From: Squalus acanthias
Lineage: Eukaryota
Direction of reading: 5' to 3'
Assembly (NCBI GenBank): GCA_030390025.1
Contig: CM059425.1
Span: 206,584,001-206,648,000, forward strand
DNA length: 64,000 nt
Position 1 is the first letter of the stretch, and every line of letters starts with the position of its first letter. Below the pieces are notes generated by a model. It saw nothing but the letters and a program-made list of their open reading frames with translations. It ran no database searches and was not told the origin of the DNA. A program made the position numbers and the translations under genes. Shown piece after piece: positions 36,004-48,675 of this stretch.

Positions 36004-37235
36004 CTAATTGAACCTCACAATAATCAGGGCATCCCAGGCAGCAAGGTACACAGGTGGTGGTGCTTTGCCCTCATCACCTTCCTCCTCCTCCTCGTCTTCC
36101 TACTCCTCCTCCTCGGAATCCTCCGAAGAGGATCTGCGCTCTGTGCCTTGGTCCTTCTGTAGGTCCAAACCTCATTGCTGCAAAATGTTGTGTAGAGCGC
36201 AGCAAACCACAACCATTCTGGAAACCCTGACTGGTACAGACTGAAGGGCGCCTCCAGATCTGACTAGGCACCTGAAGCATATCTTCAGCATCCCGATGGC
36301 TTGTTCGATGATGCATCGGGCGGTGATGTGGCATTGATTGTAACGCTCTTGGGCGTCATTCCTCGGGTTTCTGAGAGGTGTCATCAGCCACGTTTTAAGT
36401 GGGTATCCCTTGTCTCCGAGCAGCCACCTATTAACTCTGCTTCCAGGTGTGAAGACATCAGGGTGGTTGGACTGCCACAGGACGAAGGCATCATGGCAGC
36501 TTCCCGGGAATCTTGCGCAAACATGCATAAAGATCTTTTTATGGTTGCAAATCAGCTGCACATTGATGGAGTGGAAGCCCTTGCGGTTGACAAACACTCC
36601 TTGGTGATCTGGGGGGTGCCCTGATTTCGATGTGTGTGCAGTCGATGACACCCTGCACCAGTGGGAAGCCAGCTAGAGACGCAAACCTGAGCAACCGCTC
36701 ATTCTGACTGGCATCAACGCAGGCGAAATTGACACATTTGATGGCCCTGGCGAGCAAGACATCAGTCACCTGTCTTATGCATTTGTGTGCTGCCAACTGG
36801 GAGATCCTGTAAATATCTCCAGCAGGGCCCTAGAAGGATCCGGAGGCAAAAAGGTTGAGGACAGTGGTGACTTTGACAGCCACTGGTAAAGCATGGTCAC
36901 CAGGTCCAGTTGGCAGCAGGTCTTTGTCCAGCAGGCTGCAGATGTCTGCCACCACCTTACGCGACAACCTGAGCCTCTTGAGACACTGCTGTTCCGACAT
37001 GTCGAGGAAGCTGATCCTCTGCCTATCGACCCTGTGTGGTGGGTATGGCCTCTTGCAAGTGGCACCTCTTTGCTGCTGCCCTCTCTGCTGCCTGCTGCTG
37101 CCCTCTCTGCTGCTGCCCTCACTCCTGTACAGCTACAGATCTATGACCAGCAGACTGCTGCTGTTGCTGGTGTTGTTGCTGGTCATGTTGGCCCTCATCT
37201 GAGGTCCAATCTAAGGCAGCATAATCCTGATCTGA
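36004..37235 (-). pseudogene. Harbinger DDE transposase, frameshifted, conserved acidic residues retained
   Basis: [55 protein letters not shown]. Confidence 0.92.
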
Positions 37236-37837
37236 TAGATCAAACCTCCAAAATGTAGAAGAAAACTCCGAAGTGTAGAAAGTCAACTCTCAGCAGAAGT
37301 ACTGTGAACCCCCTTTCCCACTAGCAGGTAAGAAAGCAGCTGTGAGTACTTATTGCCATATTTCCCTGAGATTGATTGACCCCCTCAATTGCCGTTGTGT
37401 TCTCACCTTGCTTTTACTTACGAATTTCAGGAAGCCCTTTGAACCCATGGATCACGCATTAAACTTAAAAATCGGTGTCAATATTGCTCTAATTGAGCAA
37501 TTAACATATGGTAATTGCCAACTTGCCTCTCCCGAAGGGGTTGCGTGCACACAGCCTATGGCGCTGGAGCGAAACCCAGAAATCGGCAGGTTGGAGTTGG
37601 CTTCCCGACGCGCTGTCAATTTCACCAGCTTTAACAACTCCCCCCCCGCCCCCCCGCACCCGCTCCCAAACCCATGAGCTCCTCCATGTTAAAATTCCCC
37701 GCATTGTTTTTGTGTGACAAAGGAGGTATGGGGAATTTCTTGGATCATTCCTGAGAGCTTCTAAAACTGTGCTGCATCTCTTATCTGTGCCTATTTGCAC
37801 ATCTGAAGCTGTGAGTGAAACTCATTTGTGAGGAGCT

Positions 37838-38900
37838 ATGGGTATCCCTATGGATATCCCTCTTTATTTGCGCATTCTGGAGGTGGAGTATCAGAGAATG
37901 TATGTCAGACAGGATTGTTTGCATTGTAGATGCTCCATATGGACCTGTACTTACATCGCCACTTATGTACAGAGCCAGGCTCTCATAACAGGACCTGTCT
38001 GCACAGATTCAAATTCCCCAAGTATGACACATTACAGAACTATGAACTTTCCTGCAGTCAGACCCAGAAAGTATTTTCAGCATAGGCATTATTCTGTCAT
38101 TGGCTGTAAAGTTTACAATGCATTGAACTCTTATGCGGCAGGCTTTTTCCAGGCAAGTCTGGGATATCTCTGTCATATTTCTTAGCCTTCAGTGCACACT
38201 GCAGCTAATCAATGGGTTGTTTGCCAGGATCAGTGAATTCAGCAATTTTGCTTCAGAAAGCAACCAGCAACAGAAAGGCCCTCCATTTCTACCAAGTGGC
38301 AGGATTCCCACAAGTGCAGGGCATCATTCACTGCACTCATGTGGTCAAACACCCTATTTGACTCCATTCATGAATTGACAGGCCAGCCACTCCATAAATG
38401 TGCAAGTTGTCTGTAACAATAGGAACAGAATTATGTTTATCAATGCCCGTTACTTTGGTTCCTTCATCCTATAGCAGTCAATAGTGATAGTGCTGGTGTT
38501 ACTTGAAGGGCCAGGGAGACACTAGGGACAATTCCTGGGGGACCAAAGATATGCGCTACACCCATGACTGATGAGTGTTGCATCAGTCAAAGACTAGAGC
38601 TAAAAAAAGGTGAAATGCAGCCCACGTGTTCCACCAGCCTCATTGTGGAAAACACCTTTGACATCCTCGAACAACAATTCTAATGTCTGGAAAGAATTGG
38701 GGAAGTGCTACCATATAGCCCAGACAAATTCAGCCAGATTATTGCTGACTACTGTGTTCTGCACAACTCTGCCCTGCAAAGGGGCCTTACCATGGAACAG
38801 GCAGTATATGAAAGGCATCAATGATGCTAATCATGAGACAGAGAAATTGGCTGCACAGTGATCAATTCAGTCTGCAAGAGTCATCAGTCCGTGTTTAATC
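37838..38900 (+). pseudogene. Heavily decayed Harbinger transposase
   Basis: ALNSYAAGFFQ..LCHIS; GFPQVQGII; HSINVQVVCN; LGDQRYAL; CVLHN. Confidence 0.75.
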
Positions 38901-39561
38901 AATCAAATTTTTACTTAATTACAATTCCAAAACACAAGGGCCGTGAAATTGGGAGGCCTAGTGCCGGCCCTCAAAGCCGGTTTTGCTGAAAAAAAGGCGG
39001 CCTGCCTCGCTTCCAGTACGGAATGCAGTGGCTGCCATTTTGGGGAGATTGGCAGCACTGCCGTTGCCTGTGTTCGCCGCTCATGTGTAAATTATACAGA
39101 TCGTGATGACAATCGGCGTGCAACGCCTGAATTGACGCACGACTGTGATTTTGGACGTCGTCGCTCTTGATACCGCTCTCTCCAAACCACACACGGAAGA
39201 ATGTGCATGCAGCAGTGCAACAGAGACACTGCCAGTGCTTCTTAAAGGGACACACACATCTTTCAGGTAAGTTTAGATTTAACTTTTAGACTGTATTTTT
39301 TTTACATTTTATTGGAGTAATGGCTTGGTGCAATACATTTAAAAAGTTGTTAAAGTATGCAGGGAGTGCAGAGAGTGCTGCTGGACACTTGCATGGCTTT
39401 GGATGTTAAAGGAAGGCCTCTGAGAACACCACTTGCTCACAGTCCTGGGGGCTCTAGTTGCACGCCCCCTTAGGCTGCAACATCACATGGAGATGAAGCA
39501 GAGGCAGCAAAGAGGACAAGCTGCTCCCAGAGGGAAGAGGAAGAAGCAGCAGAAGAAGAAG

Positions 39562-41078
39562 CAGGCTGGTGGAATGGGCGGACACGTGGCAGAAGAAATT
39601 TAACATAGAAAAGTGCAAAATGTTACATTTTGGTAGGAAGAACGAGGAGAAGCAATATAAACTAAAGAGTACAATTCTAAAGCGGGTGCATGAACAGAGT
39701 GACCTGGGGGTAGATATGCACAAATCGTTGAAGGTGGCAGGGCAGGTTGAGAAAGCGGTTAAAAAAGCATACGGGATTCTGGGCTTCATGAATAGAGGCA
39801 TAGGGCTCGAATTTCCAAGCCCCGTGGAGGCGGGTTTGGAGGTGGGAGTGGTGGGAAAATTGCAGATTCGGGGGGCACGTACCCATCCTGCCCCCAACCC
39901 AACCTGTGCTGGGAGCCGCCTCCCTGAGGCGGGAAGGGGATTAGTGCCAATTAACTGCCTGTTAACAGGTAGTTAACAGGCAGTTTTTTGGCTAATCCCT
40001 ATTTTTAGCCCTGAAGTGTGGGCTGCCCGACGGCTCCAAACCACGCCAAATTAGCGAGGCGGACCGTCGGTCTGCAGGGCTTGGAGGGGTCGAGATGTCC
40101 GGTGTACAGGTGAGTGATGGGCGCATGAGTGCAGAGGTAAGTGTGTTTGGTGTGTGTAAAGTGTTTTAAGAAGTTTTACTTACCTTTACTTTCTCCTCCA
40201 GGCTTCCTCCCTTCAGGTCTCGGGAGTCCCTCAGCTCACCGGCACAGAAAGCAGAATGGCTGTCAAAAGCTGCTGCCTCGGCTTTCTGGTCTGGAGAGCT
40301 CTCTAACTGAGTCTGAGTAGAAGGACTCAAGTTAGAAGACAGATTGTCAGTGTTTGACAGCTTCACAGAGCTGTCAAATGCTGATATTTCATCTGTCAAA
40401 AGCTCTTGACAGATGAAATGTCAATCGCTGACGTCACAAGTATCCAGGTGTCCCTTAATTGGCCTGCTGAGCCCGCTGGGCGGGCTGAACAAGGTCAATC
40501 AAGGGAAAGTAGCATGGGTCGGCCACAAATCGATGGAGGCGGGACTACAACCCAAAAAGTGGGAGTCCCGCCTCCATCACGTCCCCATTGACAAAATCGA
40601 GCCCACAGAGTACAAAAGCAAGGAAGTTATGATGGACCTTTATAAAACACTGGTTCGGCCTCAACTGGAGTATTTTGTCCAATTCTGGGCACCGCACTTT
40701 AGGAAGGATGTGAAGCCCTTAGAGAGGGTGCAGAAAAGATTTACAAGAATGGTTCCAGGGATGAGAGACTTCAATTACATGGATAAACTGGAAAAGCTGG
40801 GGTTGTTCTCCTTAGAGCAGAGAAGATTGAGAGAAGATTTGATAAAGGTGTTCAAAATCATGAGGGGTCTAGACAGAGTAGATAGAGAGAAACTGTTCCC
40901 ATTGGCGGAAGGGTCGAGAACCAGAGGATACAGATTTAAGGTGATTGACAGAAGAACCAAAGGCGACATGAGGAAAAACCTTTTTATGCAGCAAGTGGTT
41001 ATGATCTGGAATGCACTGCCTGAAAGGGTGGTGGAGGCTGATCCAATCGTGACTTTCAAAAGAGAATTGGATAAGTAC
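39562..41078 (+). mobile_element. CR1 ORF2 C-terminal body replacing the transposase core, split by a MITE
   Basis: WADTWQKKFNIEKCK..; LVRPQLEYFVQFWAP..WNALPERVVE. Confidence 0.9.
39803..40604. mobile_element. Harbinger-type MITE (802 bp)
   Basis: TIR gggctcgaattt / aaaatcgagccc; TSD ATA/ACA; CR1 rejoins as aatagaggcATAgagtacaaaagc. Confidence 0.88.
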
Positions 41079-41617
41079 GGGAAGGAGGCAAGCCAGACAG
41101 CCCTTTTCTGACCGGGATATCCGGGATCGAATCAGTACCAGTGAACACAACCCCAATTCCCCTTTCAACACTTGTCCCACACCTTACCTTCCCTCTGTTA
41201 CTGACCATCACAGCATGCTCTTAGCCACAATGCTGAAATAAAAGCCACCACAAAGCAAACTTTCCAATCCAACTTTATCCATATATGCATCCAATATTAC
41301 ATTAAAAAAATCAATTAATCACCCTTGTGCATTCCTTTAGTGACTGTCTTGTGTGTGCCTTTGCTTATCCTGGTGAAGTCATGCAGTGCTACCCCAATAG
41401 CTGCAATATGGCTGGTAAAAGGCTGCTAACTTTCAGTGGTGGACACAGCAGATGGCCTTGCAGTATGACCGCGAGGAATGGTGTGGCTTTGGAGTGTGAA
41501 ATTGAGTGACGGTGTTTTTTCTTCTTCTTCTTCACTCTCCTCTCCCTCTTCTTGGTCAACCACTAGCTGAACAGGCTGGATTTCTTGGGTGTCTGAAATG
41601 AGGAAGGCACAAATGAG

Positions 41618-41750
41618 GAAGGGAAATAAACTTGCAGGGCTACAGGGATAGAGCGGGGGAATGGGACTGACTGGATTGCTCTACAGAGAGCCGGCATGGA
41701 CTCGATGGGCCGAATGGCCTCCTTCTGTGCCGTTATGATTCTTTGACTCT
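41618..41750 (+). mobile_element. CR1 3' tail
   Basis: ttgcagggctac..gatgggccgaatggcctccttctgtg..tatgattct. Confidence 0.85.
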
Positions 41751-44700
41751 AAGTGTAGGGTTGTGGTGAGGGGAGGGAGTAAAGCAAGAGGAGCATGCTT
41801 ACATGATGTGCAGCTTGTACATCAGAAGAGATCGTGGGATGAGGAGGAATTGCGATGTGAGAAGGAGGATAACATATGAGGATACTGGCATCTTTTATTC
41901 TTTCAGCCCTGCTGCTGGCCAAAGACTCAGCCATGCCCCTGCCAAGAATGGCCAGTACCGTCCCCTCCAAGGGGGTGAGGTGAAGCTGGAAATGTGAGGT
42001 TTGCTTCATGTTTGGTAGAGATTGTTGGTAGGTGAGTGATGAGGGGTGGTCGTGCATTGAGCAGTGTGTGAGGCTAGTGGTGCAGTTGTTAGGAAATGGC
42101 TTTTGAAGATGCAGTCACTGCCCTTGACCACTGGTCTCAGGTCATGAAACTTCTTTGGGCGCTGGAGCCAGGTCCTGGGGGCAACACTGCTGGTAGTGAC
42201 GTCTTCAATGATCTGGTCCCACATCCTGCTTTCTGGAGGGTCTCCTGGACCCCTGTGGATAGAGGACCTCTCTTCCAGTGTTCACCCCCTGCACAAAGTT
42301 CGAGTGCTGCATCCGAGACCTTGGGTGCCCTTTCCCTGGCCTGTTGAGCCATTTGTGTTAGTGGTGAAGCACTTTAAGTATTTTTTATGTGCAGAAGGCA
42401 GTTCAGCTTTAAGAGCTGCAGACTGCCTCGTTCTGAAGGATTCTTAATTTTTTTTGCAGAAGGCAGTTCAGCTTACAGAGCTGCAGACTGCCCGTGCCCA
42501 TTTCAGGCCTTATCGAATTTCACCTCCAAGTTGTGCCCAAGACCCTACTCTCCACCAAGCCAAGCTTCACATATAGCCCCAGAAATGCAACATAATTTCT
42601 CCACAGCTACCTTCATGCCCTTCATACCAAAACAACTGGCAGGCCCCATCAGACGTTGAGTCAAACCCCTCTTTATTAACCATTAGTGTATGGTACAGGT
42701 GTGTTCTGTTTATATTGTCCCAGTGCTTCTCCTTAGTGAAATTGTAGGATGCGTGTATTCTACTTCCTTAACGTGTACTTCTTTCAAGTGTTCCCCCAGT
42801 GGACAGAAGAAATAAGGTGGATGGTTACTGAATGTCATTGTCTTCATCTAGGGATGGATTTGGCCAGTATCTCCTTGTGTTGGGTCAAAAGATGGCCCTG
42901 CAACTATAGGCATCATGGGAGTTAATGTGGTGGCTACTTGAGCTTGTACGCTTGGGTAAAAATCTGGAATCATTTGATTGTGATGGCTGGTACTCTCCTC
43001 TTGTCTGCATGTACTGGCTTTTGTTATCTTAAGCCTTCTGCAAATAGTAAAGGGATATATGTTGGAAAGAAGGACATGAGAGAAGATGTGTACCAACCAA
43101 GTGTTCAGGCCAAAAGCTACCTTCTGGACGTATCAACATGCAGTATTCAGGTATTGTGTTTTGGTAGTGTACTTGGTTCTTGTTGTTTACCACATTTAAT
43201 GGGCTACAGGTTCAACACATTGATATGGCAACTTTAAACTGTACCATAGAAGAACAAAAGCATTCATGTCCACTAAGCAAGTTGACCACTTGGCAAAGGG
43301 CACTGCATTCTCCTTTTAAGATGGTGGACACAGCTTACAGTGAAGAGCAATGAAGCTGCTTCGCAATATATTAACATGTTGCCACATGTTATACACTTAC
43401 GTTAGCAACCTTGCGTAGTCCAGAAGATTCCTTCCTCAGCTGCTCCTGAGACTGCAACGATGTGCTCCGTCAGCTCCATTTGTCCACACAACTCTGGCTG
43501 TCTCATTGCAGAGTGGTCCTCTCCTCCAATTTGGGCTACCCTTTCCTCCAGCACTTCCTGCAGTAGGATCTCTAACACGCGATTGTTGAATGGGATTGTT
43601 CTGCCACAGTCATTTTTGACACCAAGCAAAAGCACCCCTTTAATGGCAGCCAGCAGCTCTTGAATATTTATTTCAATGAGCTGGCTTCACATTCTTGTGA
43701 GAGGTCAGCCTCTTGCCCTACAAGCATGTGCAATGCTTTCTGCGCCAGGATCTGCATTAGCTGCCTCCTATGATATAATATATATGGATAATTAACATTT
43801 AGAAGAGCATCCTGGTCATTGGTTTACTTGTCTTTAAAGGTTGAAAGCAAATGCACTCAATTAACAAATTCTACTTTACAAAAATAGGTTCCCCAGATTT
43901 TCTTTAAATATGAATTTACAATGCAGTGTTGATATTTTGACAGCTTCCCAAAGATAGTTGTGAAATTTGCACAATCCTCCACATTGATATGGCCCTGACC
44001 AAACATATTTTTAAGTGCATATGCTTTCTGAAATGCCTAAGGCCAGTGAAGCAGAATGTTGGTTCACTTTGATTTTGATCATTTGAAACACTCCCTTTTT
44101 TAGACCATTGGAAGAGACAATGCCTGTGGCTACATTTTTTGGGAGTAGAATTTCGATATTCAGAACAGAAGTTGTTTTAAAAGGAATGCAATATATGCTA
44201 AGCACAGGAGAAAATTAAGTGGATGATCTGACCTCATAAACTTAAATGTTTTATTATATAGCACTTGCCTGAAGGGAGTACAACTGCGGATAAGAAATAA
44301 AGAAGGAAATTGGACTTATATAAGGAGAGGGAATGGGATTAAAGAAAATGCATTGCACAGCAATGCAGGACACAGAAATTAAAGTAAAATACTCTATTTA
44401 ATGACATTTAGGTTTCTTAAATCAATGTTTCTGCAAACATGTTTTTCTTTGTGCAGAATACAGCTAATTCCACTTATTAGCTTTTGCTGTTATATCTGCA
44501 GCTTGGCAAACGAACAGCAATCACCTGGTGTGCAAATGATATTTTGGCAGAGTTTTAAACCATGTGTGCGTAGGTTTGCAGCTTTCAGCAAAATGTGAGA
44601 AGAGCAGCAGGGAGTGACTGCCAAAATTCAGCTCTGATAGCTGGAGATACTATTAACTGAGCTGGCCCACAACAGGAACCAATATTGTAGTTGTGACTAA

Positions 44701-47081
44701 ATAATGTTTTTCCCCCCCAAGGGACTGCAACAAAATGTCAGCATATAACTCTCAAGAACAATCTGGTATTTTAGGTCAAGTACAAAGACCATCATGATTC
44801 ATTGTGGATGATGTTGTTACCATGGTAGAGGACCCAACACTGGAGGATGAAAGGGCACTTCAATCTATAAATCACATAGAAAGACCAAATACTATGGACA
44901 CCCCACTTTGGGAGGTGTCTTAAATGTTTCATTTCACTGGTTGATTTTTTTCCCTACAACTAATTAAATATTTTGTGGGGAGATTTTTGATTAATACTGA
45001 TGATATAATAGATAATTCTTAATATTTTTCCACATAAGCAGATAGGGAGGGAATGTGGAGAATTCTCATCATTTTAAGAGGTGTCTGGACCACATAACAC
45101 CTAACAATGGCCAGGAGTTTCGATCACAGTCAATAACTATTTATCTGCAGTGCAACTGCCAATGCCTGAGGGTTCATTGTTCCATTGAAGCAGAACCATA
45201 CTGTAGCCTAAAAAAAACTAGTGACGTAATTTAAAAGGCATCTGGTGGTAATTGGAAACCAGCAAACTGCACTGTTGTGAGATTTCTCAGAGGGTTTCTC
45301 GGCTCACGCAGGTGAGGATTTATAGCTAAGTCATAACTTGGCTCGTAAAACACATACGATAGCTATAAACATACAAATAAGGTGGCTCAGAACACAGAAG
45401 TGAGGCAGTAGAACAAACAGATAGTTCAGCACACCTAGCCTTGGCTCAGAATGTTACAGAGATGTAGCTAATGTTACAGTAACATTTTCTGCAGGCTTCT
45501 TTGAAGTTTTCAAGGCCCGCAGAAGAGGATAATAAATTATTTCTATGTTCCGTGACTGGTTCAAGGTCCCAAGCCCTCACTGCCTATACCCCTCAGGTTG
45601 CAAGTCTTGGGCTTTTTGCAGTAAATAATCCTGAGACATCTGATGTGAGAAAAGGCAAGAAGAACATGCAGAAGGGAGCCAAAATAGAATTGAATGAATT
45701 AAACTCTACTTGGCCAACACTCATCTTGTATGCTAAATAAAAGCATTGTACTTGTGATAAAACCATTTGTACTTGTGGTGCAAGGGTATAGTAGGGTACA
45801 TTTTGCATGGCTCTGCTCCCAGCTCAGGCCTCTTCATGTGGATCAGAGAATGAGACGTGGAGGTCAGTGCACCCAATTCACAACAGTCCTGAATTTCTGG
45901 TGATTAAAAAAAATCCTGCAATATCAGCAGCGCTGCAAATCAAGCTGGTTAATTTTCCATTCTCACTCTTGTTAAGTAAGGCTTTGTGCTGGGATACAAC
46001 CTCATAAAATATACCCTTACGTCTTTCTGTGCATTTGTATGGCCATTTTAGGGAAAAAGATAAGCACATACAATGTGTCCAAACTAGTTCAATGAATAAA
46101 TCTGATCTGGCCATTCTTTGTGTATTCAGACTTGCAATGCAGACTGACTTTCATTGCTGATTTGTGTTTGAATCAATTGTACAAAGCTAATTTTCACTTT
46201 GGAGAAATATGTCAATGCCATCAGAAAATCACAGAAGATAGAGGCCCTGAAATTTTCTTTGCTTTTATCTTGATGGTTACTAATGATGTGCCTTTCAGCA
46301 CGAACCTCACTGGAGTTCCTAGGGTCAGTGGGAATGCACCTCAGTGTGGGTTGGCAAAAGTGGCACTTTGGATCTCGAGTGCCCACTTGCCCATGCCTGC
46401 TGGAAACTCTAGTGCCTGCCTATTCATGGGTCTGAGGGTTACACGGGCCTACAGCAGTGATCCTATCATCTGTCTGAGGGTCAAGGCTACTGGATTACTA
46501 CTACAGGTCCAGTACAGCTGCACTCAATCAGCAAATCAGCTGCCACTAATACGCCGGATCCCTTTCCAAGTTTAGGAATGGGGGCTCCGGGTTTAGGGAG
46601 ACCCCCATCTCTGGATCCGCCTCCTGGCTATCATTTGCCTTATAAGGGGTGGATGGAGGTTCTGTCTCTTACAAGACAGCCAGGAAACTCCTAGAAATGG
46701 CAAAGACCTGATAGTTATTTCAGTCTATTACTACTACAGGGCTGGGCTGTCACCTTGCCTGAGAAATTAATTTGGTCTCAGTACTCATGCTGGGCCTGTC
46801 TTGGTATCTTATTTAACGGATATAACATATATTTGTGTTGTAAAAATGTGACTCATGGGCAACACAGACTAGAATTTATAGTTATTCTTGAGGTCAAAAA
46901 CACCTCAAGGCTCCTGTGATTTGATTTGTAATTAAGTGGCAATTTGTAGGACTGTGAGGTTTAGTGAATAGTGACAGGAATATTAATTATAGATGACACA
47001 CCTCCAAACTAAAGTAAGATCAGTCCTCAATGAATCATTCACAGGCAGACTGATCCTTCCCACACACATTTTTAAGGTACT

Positions 47082-47821
47082 GGCCCAGATATTCCGATCC
47101 CTATGGGTGAGTACGTGCTGTGTACCCACCCGTAGGGACATCGGAAATGCCGGTTTCAGGCATGCACAGCGCATGCGCTGAAAGGCGGCATTTCCGATCT
47201 GTCAAGAATGCTCTTGACAGATCTTCCGGCTGCCCTGGAGAAGGGCCTCTGCGGGCGGATAGTTCCGCTTTTTGGAGACCGTCCGCCCACAGAAAACCCT
47301 TATAATTCTTACACCTGGTAAAAGCAGGCGTAAGGCCTGCTTTTACCAGGATAAGAGTTCAAAAAAGTTTAAAAAAAAAGTTTTCACTGATTTATCATTT
47401 AAAAATACTTTAAAAAAGGTAAGTTTATTTTTAGCCCCGTAAAAAACTTTAATTATTTTTTTTTAAAAATTAAAAATTTGTTTAAAGTACTTAATTTATT
47501 GTAATTTCAAGTCATTTTAAAAATGTGATTTTAAAAAAAATTTATTTAAAGTTTTACTATGTTTTTGGTGTGATCTCCATTCATATATTTGACAGGTCTT
47601 TCCTGTCAAATGTATGAAGGGAGATTCACTTCTGTGATTGGCTCCCCATGGCCCATGTGATCCCAGGGACGCTGCGAACTACATGGGCCCTGTGCACTTG
47701 GAGTTTGGTGAGGCCCAGGAGCGGAAGCGTGTGCGTCCCGGGAGCCCTCAGGTAAAGGTGTAGATTTTTCCAGATCGCAGGCCTCCACCTGCGGGAGGCC
47801 TGCGATCGGAAAATGCGGGCC
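47082..47821. mobile_element. Harbinger-type MITE (740 bp)
   Basis: TIR ggcccagatattccgatc / gatcggaaaatgcgggcc; flanks ACT/ATT; GCGCATGCGC motif and AT-rich core shared with 34156-35795. Confidence 0.85.
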
Positions 47822-48675
47822 ATTATCACATTCTGCATAATGATAGTTATGGGGAAAAAATCTATTTTAATGAATCCATAGACTAGTTGAAAATATAGGT
47901 TCAAAGTATTTTACGCTTCAGACTATATTTTGGAAAAATATTGAATTGATGCATTGATGACTGCTGTGAATTTTACCATTTAAACATCTTATTCAATTAA
48001 TATTCTGAACATTTTTAAAGAGTAAGTGGCAGTGTTTGGCACTACCTATGGAGAAGATGCTTTGAATCTATCTCAGCCATTTTTTTACATTCCTCCCAGG
48101 ATATGTCTTGAGAAGGTGGTGATGGGTCTTTTATGAAGCAATTGTTTCGTACAACTGAGTGGCTTACTAGGCCCGTTCAGAGGGTATTAAGGTTCAACCA
48201 CATAGAATGAACTAGAGCTACACATAGTCCAGAGCTCCAGACCAGGTAGAGGTGGCAAGTTTGCTTCCTTGAAGAACATTACTGAACTAGTTGAGTTTTT
48301 AAGACAACCCTGCAGCTTTCGTGATAATTTTTTCTAGTTCTGGCCCACAAATTCCCAAATTATTTAATTCAATTTTACAATTTACCATGGTGAGACTCTC
48401 AGTACCACAGCCACTGCATTACTGTACCCGTACTCATCACTCGTGAATAACTGGCAGTATCAAAAAGTACAGCTGATAGATTAGAAAGTTATTCATTTTG
48501 TTCACACTGCAGGGGCAATTTTACAAATTTGAGTACTGGGACATTAAGATTTGCACTTAGTGCAAATTCGCAAAATCTATCCTAAAATTCCAGAACGGAA
48601 AAATCAGAAAATCATTTGCTGATTGTCTGACTGCATGTATGTCGATGAAAGGTTGTGAGATGGATGCAAGTCTTT

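Larger units (their letters stand above)
33921..37702 (-). mobile_element. Harbinger family B (transposase-only; ~2.0 kb once nested inserts are removed)
   Basis: Imperfect TIRs ggccctgatattaac / gttaaaattccccgc; TSD ATT; transposase on the minus strand. Confidence 0.75.
38939..42527 (+). mobile_element. Harbinger family A-related copy, internally deleted
   Basis: TIR ggccgtgaaatt / aatttcacctcc; TSD AAG; transposase N- and C-terminal remnants; Myb exon 1 remnant 42352-42123 (-): MAQQARERAPKVSDAALE..WDQI..RTWLQRPKKFHDL. Confidence 0.85.

Noticed and set aside
37060-37185. Short tandem repeats (ctgctgccctctct)n resembling an array
   Set aside because: Low-complexity Q-rich N-terminus of the transposase on the minus strand, with no spacers; not CRISPR-like.
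42390-42492. ~38-bp direct duplication near a Harbinger end
   Set aside because: Ordinary local duplication in a decayed element; no functional signal.
44400-44660. Repeat-free stretch that looks like a conserved non-coding element (also ~16150-16700 and ~31850-32300)
   Set aside because: No specific motif cluster; cannot be supported without cross-species alignment.
45481-45745. Possible terminal exon (ttttctgcAG, open frame, stop overlapping AATAAA)
   Set aside because: No recognisable protein similarity or partner exons; expected by chance.
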